A stretch of DNA of 64,000 nt. Source: Eledone cirrhosa (taxonomy: Eukaryota). Shown piece after piece: positions 57,905-64,000 of the stretch. The DNA lies in assembly GCA_964016885.1 (NCBI GenBank), contig OZ024752.1:2790001-2854000 (forward strand). Reading direction: 5' to 3'. The position numbers were made by a program, and so were the translations under genes. Under the pieces are notes generated by a model. The model made no database searches. It saw only the letters and a program-made list of their open reading frames with translations, and was not told the origin of the DNA. Every line of letters starts with the position of its first letter. Positions within the stretch are counted from its first letter, which is position 1.

Positions 57905-58808
57905 AAGCTTAAAAATAGGAATAACAATAAGAAGAAAGCAAGAACGGGAGGGCGGGAGTTTTCCTCATTAGTTGTCTGCTGGAGGTCTCGGATATGTTTT
58001 AAACGCTTTAGAGACAATATATATTCTCCCAGAGCGTTCAATAACTAGGTAAGTTATTGGAAAATCGGAGGAGAGGGGAAAGGAAAATAGAAGGCGAAAT
58101 GGAAAAAAGGGAGAGAAAAGAGAAAAACAGCGAAAAAATCTACGAACCGAATAATGTGCGAGGAACTTTAAGAAAGAAAATCCAAGTCCACATCGGTAGA
58201 TGAACGTTAGTTCGACAGCGTGTGGACGGTCGCAAAGACGCGTCTGATCCCATCCAATGTAAGTGAGAAAAAAACTCCCTACTTCAACTTACAACTACAC
58301 AACCAATCCTATTCTCCATATATTTTATCATGTTTCGCTATGACCCGTCTTCTCTCTCCTTCTACCTACCTAGTTCGTTGATATCTACTCTTCCCCCTCT
58401 TTCTCTCCCTTTCTCCCTCTCACTTTCACTCACCCTCTCTCTGCCAGCTTTTTCTCACTTACAATCGCTGGGGTCATAGATGTATTTTCGTTCGCCCACA
58501 GACTCTAGAACTTACGTTCAGCTACCGATGTGGACTTGGATTTTCTTTCTTTAAGTTGCTCGCTCATTCTTCGATATGTTGTTTTTATCACTGTTTTTCT
58601 CTTTTCTTCCCTTTTTCCCTTTTCCCTTCTATTTTCCTTCCCTCCCTCCTACGTTTTCCCAATAATTTATCTAGATATCGAACGCTCTGGGGTAGATATA
58701 TTGTGTTTAAGGCGTTGAAATACCTGAGACCCTCAGTAGACAGCTGATGCGGAAAACTCCCCCCTCCCCGTTTTTGCTTTCTTCTTATCTTATTCCTATT
58801 TTTAAGCC
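57905..58808. repeat. Older, diverged inverted repeat (about 370-bp arms, 57905-58275 and 58445-58808)
   Basis: gcttaaaaataggaataa pairs with ttattcctatttttaagc; aagaaagaaaatccaagtccacatcggtag with ctaccgatgtggacttggattttctttctt; tgtaagtgagaaaaa with tttttctcacttaca. Confidence 0.9.
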
Positions 58809-58915
58809 TACCTCAACGAGTAACTGCACAGCCACCCTAACCTCCATATATATATATATATATATAGATAGATAGATATATATAGATACATAGATATATA
58901 TATAGATATATATAT

Positions 58916-58959
<44 letters not shown>

Positions 58960-59143
58960 ACACATGCTTACACACGTGCACAAGTATAGCTCTTTTTACA
59001 ATATGTTTTGTTTCCATATCAGGTAGACGCGCTCCATCATTCATTTTTCTGAAATATAATTCAAGCAAAAAACGCCAGCACCAACAGTTTTGCAGGAGAT
59101 CTCAACATGAATAAACCTGTTATTTCTGTCTAAAGACAATTAT

Positions 59144-59291
59144 ATCAGTGTATTACTGGTACTTTATTTTATCGACCCCGTAAGGATGAAAGACAAAGTT
59201 AACCTCGGCGGTATTTGAACTCAGACCATAAATTGCCATAACTCTTTGCTGCAAACCATGGCGTCCGAGCCTCTACCGATACTGCCAATCC
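59144..59291 (-). mobile_element. SINE family A
   Basis: cagtgtattactggtactttattttatcgaccccgtaaggatg..ctctaccgatactgccaa. Confidence 0.88.
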
Positions 59292-59956
59292 ACTTGACTT
59301 AATTTTCTCTGACCAACAAGTCGGTGAAATGTTCATGAAAGTTCATATCTGGGTGAGAATAAGTGATCCATGCTGATCACCTGGGTCCTCTGATTCTGGA
59401 TTTTATCTATTGAGCATTTATGTTCGTGGACTTTATTATTGCCTTGTAATTTATTCATTCTTTTTATGTTAATACAAGCTCTTCTCAAAATGTGTAGCCT
59501 CACAATCCTTCAACATTATATATGATAGAATAGCCTTTTCAAAATATGTATGTGTCTGTTTATGCGTTATTTTGTTGTTTTTCTTAAATCCAGATTGATT
59601 TCCCGTCGATGATTTATAAATATCTATACAGTATACATGTACTTCTTTGGAATTTAAATGGTTCCTTGGTAAACGATGTACGAATTTGTCTCCAATGCGT
59701 AATTTCACAATCTAAATATTTCACTCATCTTAAGAAGTGGAAAAGCTGTCAATTTGGGAAAGATGTTTACCATTAATAATCCTTGTTTTCATGGCTTTCC
59801 AACTGCACGCTTCTCTTTTAACGTTTACTTTTTTTTTTTTTTGGTATTCACTTTCTTGCTCCGGCAGCCTTCCTCTCTGTGTACTTCCTAAGAAATGTTA
59901 CCCTACATTTGTATATAAATATATTAAATTGCCATATACATAAACACATCCATGCA

Positions 59957-60055
<99 letters not shown>

Positions 60056-63000
60056 TTCTTTCTTATCTCTTCCTACATATGTGCGTTTGTGTTTGTGTGT
60101 GTGTACATGTAAAGCCTGATTTTAAATAAGCTTAGCAACATATTGCTTTTCTGTGTTTTTCTTGTTTCGATTCTTGCATGAATTCTCTGCTTCAGACTTC
60201 ATATTCATTCTATTTTCCCAAATGAAAATGATGGCATTTTCCTCTTTTTTTTCTATTCTATTTTGAATTTATTCTTGAAAAGCGAGCTCAAAGCATGTTG
60301 GCTTGCTTAATTCCTAAAAACCAAACCTTTGAAAGAAATTGTGTTCCTGCTAGATTATTTATAAACCTTCCTCATTTTTTCTTTTGTGTTTGTGTTTTTT
60401 CATGCTAGAAAAGGTTAGGAGGAATTTGCAATATTCTTTGGGGTTTTCTTCCTGCAATAATTATTGAAGCAAATATTTTAATACTTGATGCATACTTTCC
60501 ATGCACTCGACTGTGAAGCAGAATTGATTTCCATTTACCTCTTTTATTTACAGAATATTACTGTGTCTTCTGAAAGCACGCAGCTAAATTGGTTCTCATA
60601 CTTTTCCCATAACAAATCTTTGTAAGCTATAGTTGTTGGGCGCTGATGTTGCTTAGGGTTTCACGGAAGCATATATGACTCTGACAGATACATAAACATA
60701 ATCGATTGAGCCGTGAGCATGGATAACGTAGTTGACCGAAACTCTTGCTGTTCTGCCAATCCCAGATCCTTTAGATACCAAATAATGATACCTGTTTAAG
60801 AAACATTTGCAAACTTAGATAGTGTTTATGACATGTCTACAATCACTTTGATCAGCACAGGTGCTGTCTTAACGACCCAGGTGATTTGGGCAGTTTTATA
60901 GTGGCTATATTAAAGATCACAGAGAAGGTATGAGAGAGAGAAGAACGGGAAATAAATTAAATGGAAACACAAAATAAATACAGAGAGGAAAAATAAGATA
61001 ATAAGAATGCTAAATATAAAAAAAACAGAATGTGTGATTCTCGAAAATCTCTCTTCTACTAACCATAGTTTGCTATTTACAGACTCATTCCATGAAATGT
61101 TTCAAAATTTATGAAAGCAATAAGTAAAATTAAAAAAGTCATGATTTTTTGCTCTAATATTTAGCCAAATCAGAATTCTGTACAACAATGGTTGCCTAAA
61201 TTATATCAATTGAATCCAATTAGCAAAACCATTCATAATAATGAACGATTATTGCTATATAACTATGACTAAAATGTTCTGCATACAATTGCATGGACGT
61301 ATTTAAGTGCAAAAGAATCAGCGTTTTATTAAGACGGTACTAATGTTGGGTTACTTCAAATGAATGGAATTGCCTTATTGATAAGTTGAATGATTACAAT
61401 GAGATCACCAGTGGCCTTGTTAGATTGCAGTTAGTCATTTATTACACTTTATTTTTGTTAATATTCATTATTTTTTTGTTTTGTTATTTGTTTGATTTTA
61501 AAGGACTCATGGACTAATTAAGCTCAACCGTCCATTGTACGGAGATAACTACTGCTGTTAATATGCAATAATCGTACAACGGCATATATTTTGCAGGGCA
61601 ATGAACAGAAGAGAACAAATGTCTGAATATTTGATGATTAATGCACATATATGTTCGTTTTCATCATGATCATCATAATTATCTGCTTCACCATCGTTAT
61701 CGTCACCATTATTATCATAATCTCTGCGGTCGTCAACGCCAGCACCTCTTCTGTCATCTTTTTCATCCATCTCATTATTATTACTCCCAATAAAATCATC
61801 ACCATTATTATTTTCACCGTCAACATCACCGACATTGCGATCATGATCAATGCATCTACCATCAATATAATCATAATTATCATCCGCTTTAACATCAGCA
61901 TCATCTCCATCAACAAGTACTGTAACATACATACACCTGTATAATGTACTCTAACATTTGACCGTTCTAGCCTGAAAAATTAGATGCACGCAGTTGAAGA
62001 GGGAGAGCCGGTGTTATGGTAAGTGGGATGGGATGTTTATTGTGGAGAGGTACGCATTCACCGTCGATAGAGGAATATAATTATGTGAACGTAAGAACGC
62101 AGTTGCTGAGAGTTGAAATGAGATTGGTAATATTTCGCGACTATAGATGCTTTTGCTAGATAAGTAGCCTCGCTGTAGGTGAAGTTCCGAATGTAAATGT
62201 TTGAGAGAGGGAGCATGATTTCGAATTGAGCAGGAAGTTTAGTGGCGCCTGCGTTATAAAATCCGGATTATGAATATGCTTCTCACGCAAAAGGTTACAT
62301 ATTATACATGAAATTAACAGGACAACAGTTGCTATTATCATGTATAGGTCGACCTTGTTTCATATCAGATTCCCAGAGATACTACTGTGTTATTAGCAGC
62401 CGTTTACCACTAGATGTAAGAAAGGCCTGACTTATATTTCTAGCAGGGGATGATGATACGTATCGTGTCTATCTGACTCAACTCACTTGACTGTATCGAT
62501 TCTGTGGTTTAAATTCTTTATGTTAAGCAGTTGGCCTACTTTGTATAATGTTCAAATGATGCAGTGAGAGAGGGGTAATTAGACAAGATACATGAATAAA
62601 ATTCTGAAAAGAAATAAGTATGGCATGTGAATCTAAACTACAATTTTTCTCATCGAGAACTGGGTCTTCCTAGTCATAATTTTTCGATGATTTTAACCAT
62701 ATGTTTCACATCAAAGTGTAATGTTCTACTAAGGCTGTCCCCATATGTCATATAACTTACGAATTGTATTCGTATTCGTCGCTCTTGCCTTTAACGTTAT
62801 TCGTTATTGTTTTTTATTTCAACATTGATCGATTATTTCATCAATGACATAATGTCATTCATTTCCATTTTCCTAAAACAAAGTGTTGCATTTATTTTAT
62901 TCTATTAGTCAAAACATATCTAGGAGTTGTCCTTGATTCGGGATCTTTGCGACGAAATGTTGTTGATCTATGATCATCTCTTATTTACTTTCACGCAAAT

Positions 63001-63089
63001 GACATCTAGCACCATATCATTCAACCTGTCCTTCATATTATTGATTCAGGTGAGGTTTGGGGTTTATTACTAAATGTTGATAACATAAA

Positions 63090-63260
63090 TACAATAAGTT
63101 GGCTCATTTATAATGCAATCGATGATACAATGTGCTAGAGATAATGTAAACACTGTCTGTACATTTATGGTCAAACGTACGGTGGCTATGAATATAGTAT
63201 ATTTGATCTCGGATTCCGTTTCTATGATGGCATATCTCTTTTAAACTGGTAGGAATTGAT
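63090..63260 (-). pseudogene. Possible decayed LINE APE endonuclease fragment
   Basis: CHHRNGIRDQIYYIHSHRTF resembles TW....G.RNQIDYI. This is a single motif only. Confidence 0.3.
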
Positions 63261-64000
63261 TCAATGGGTATTTTGATAACGGCTTCTTTTCCAAGAGGAC
63301 TGGGCAACAACTTAAATGTCATCTCGGTCATTGTTGAGAGCCAATGTGCATTTCATTAAAGATATACAATTTGGGAGTTAATAACATGATTACTCTTAAC
63401 ATAAAACTGCTAATCACTGATATTAATACTTCGTAATCTCTAATTTCATTACTAAGAAAATACAAAACAATTATATCATCTTCGATTTGAGTGGGTATTT
63501 GTTCATCCCCACTGACGTATTTGTAAATTAGGCGTTAGAATTCTTAAGCTCTAGTTCAAGAAGGTTTAATCAATTAAAATTACTGCCAGCGTCATGAGAA
63601 TAATAATTATCGAAATGACTAATTCTGCTTTAAAGACTTCGTTGAAAACGAAGCATAACCCTCAAGATAATTTTTCTTTGTCAATCTCTAACTATTACGA
63701 CAATCAACGTACGTTGCTTCACAAAAGTGGAAGAAAATATAACACATTATATATCCTTAGATCCAGTCTACATGATTATATATCTTAGATGCAAAATGAC
63801 AAATAGTGCCAACTTATGGCCGGATTTAACATCGAAAGCTTAACCCCATGACATCTCACATTCGATTAGTATTTCGAGGATATTAATCAGAACTGGTTAA
63901 TAAGATAAAGAGCCTTCTAATCATTAAGATTTCAATTGTAATTCATTAAAATATATTGGATGTTTATAACAAGAACGATATCGCCTCCATTCTGTCAGGC

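Overview
AT-rich, microsatellite-saturated animal genomic DNA. The repeat content resembles octopus/cephalopod genomes, which is an inference from SINE and microsatellite style. I cannot support any host protein-coding exon, and nearly all ORF-track entries are (TA)n/(CA)n/(TAG)n artefacts. Recognisable content: about 13 copies of one tRNA-derived SINE, 2 copies of a CORE-type SINE, an RTE-clade LINE with a twin-priming-like 5' inversion, other decayed LINE fragments (RTE, R4/Dong-like), and several 5'-truncated Penelope-like elements (PLEs) with GIY-YIG remnants. The main signal is about 20 minimal type I hammerhead ribozyme (HHR) motifs, intact or decayed, from several sequence families. They show stem covariation and often have palindromic stem III. 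They occur in (i) PLE 3' ends, (ii) fold-back palindromes in or next to (TA)n with RNA 3' ends always pointing outward, and (iii) tandem or circularly permuted 300-440 bp non-coding units resembling retrozymes. One of these units carries a compensatory U3-A8 core. All motifs were found and folded by eye; coordinates are approximate to a few bases and no activity is demonstrated.
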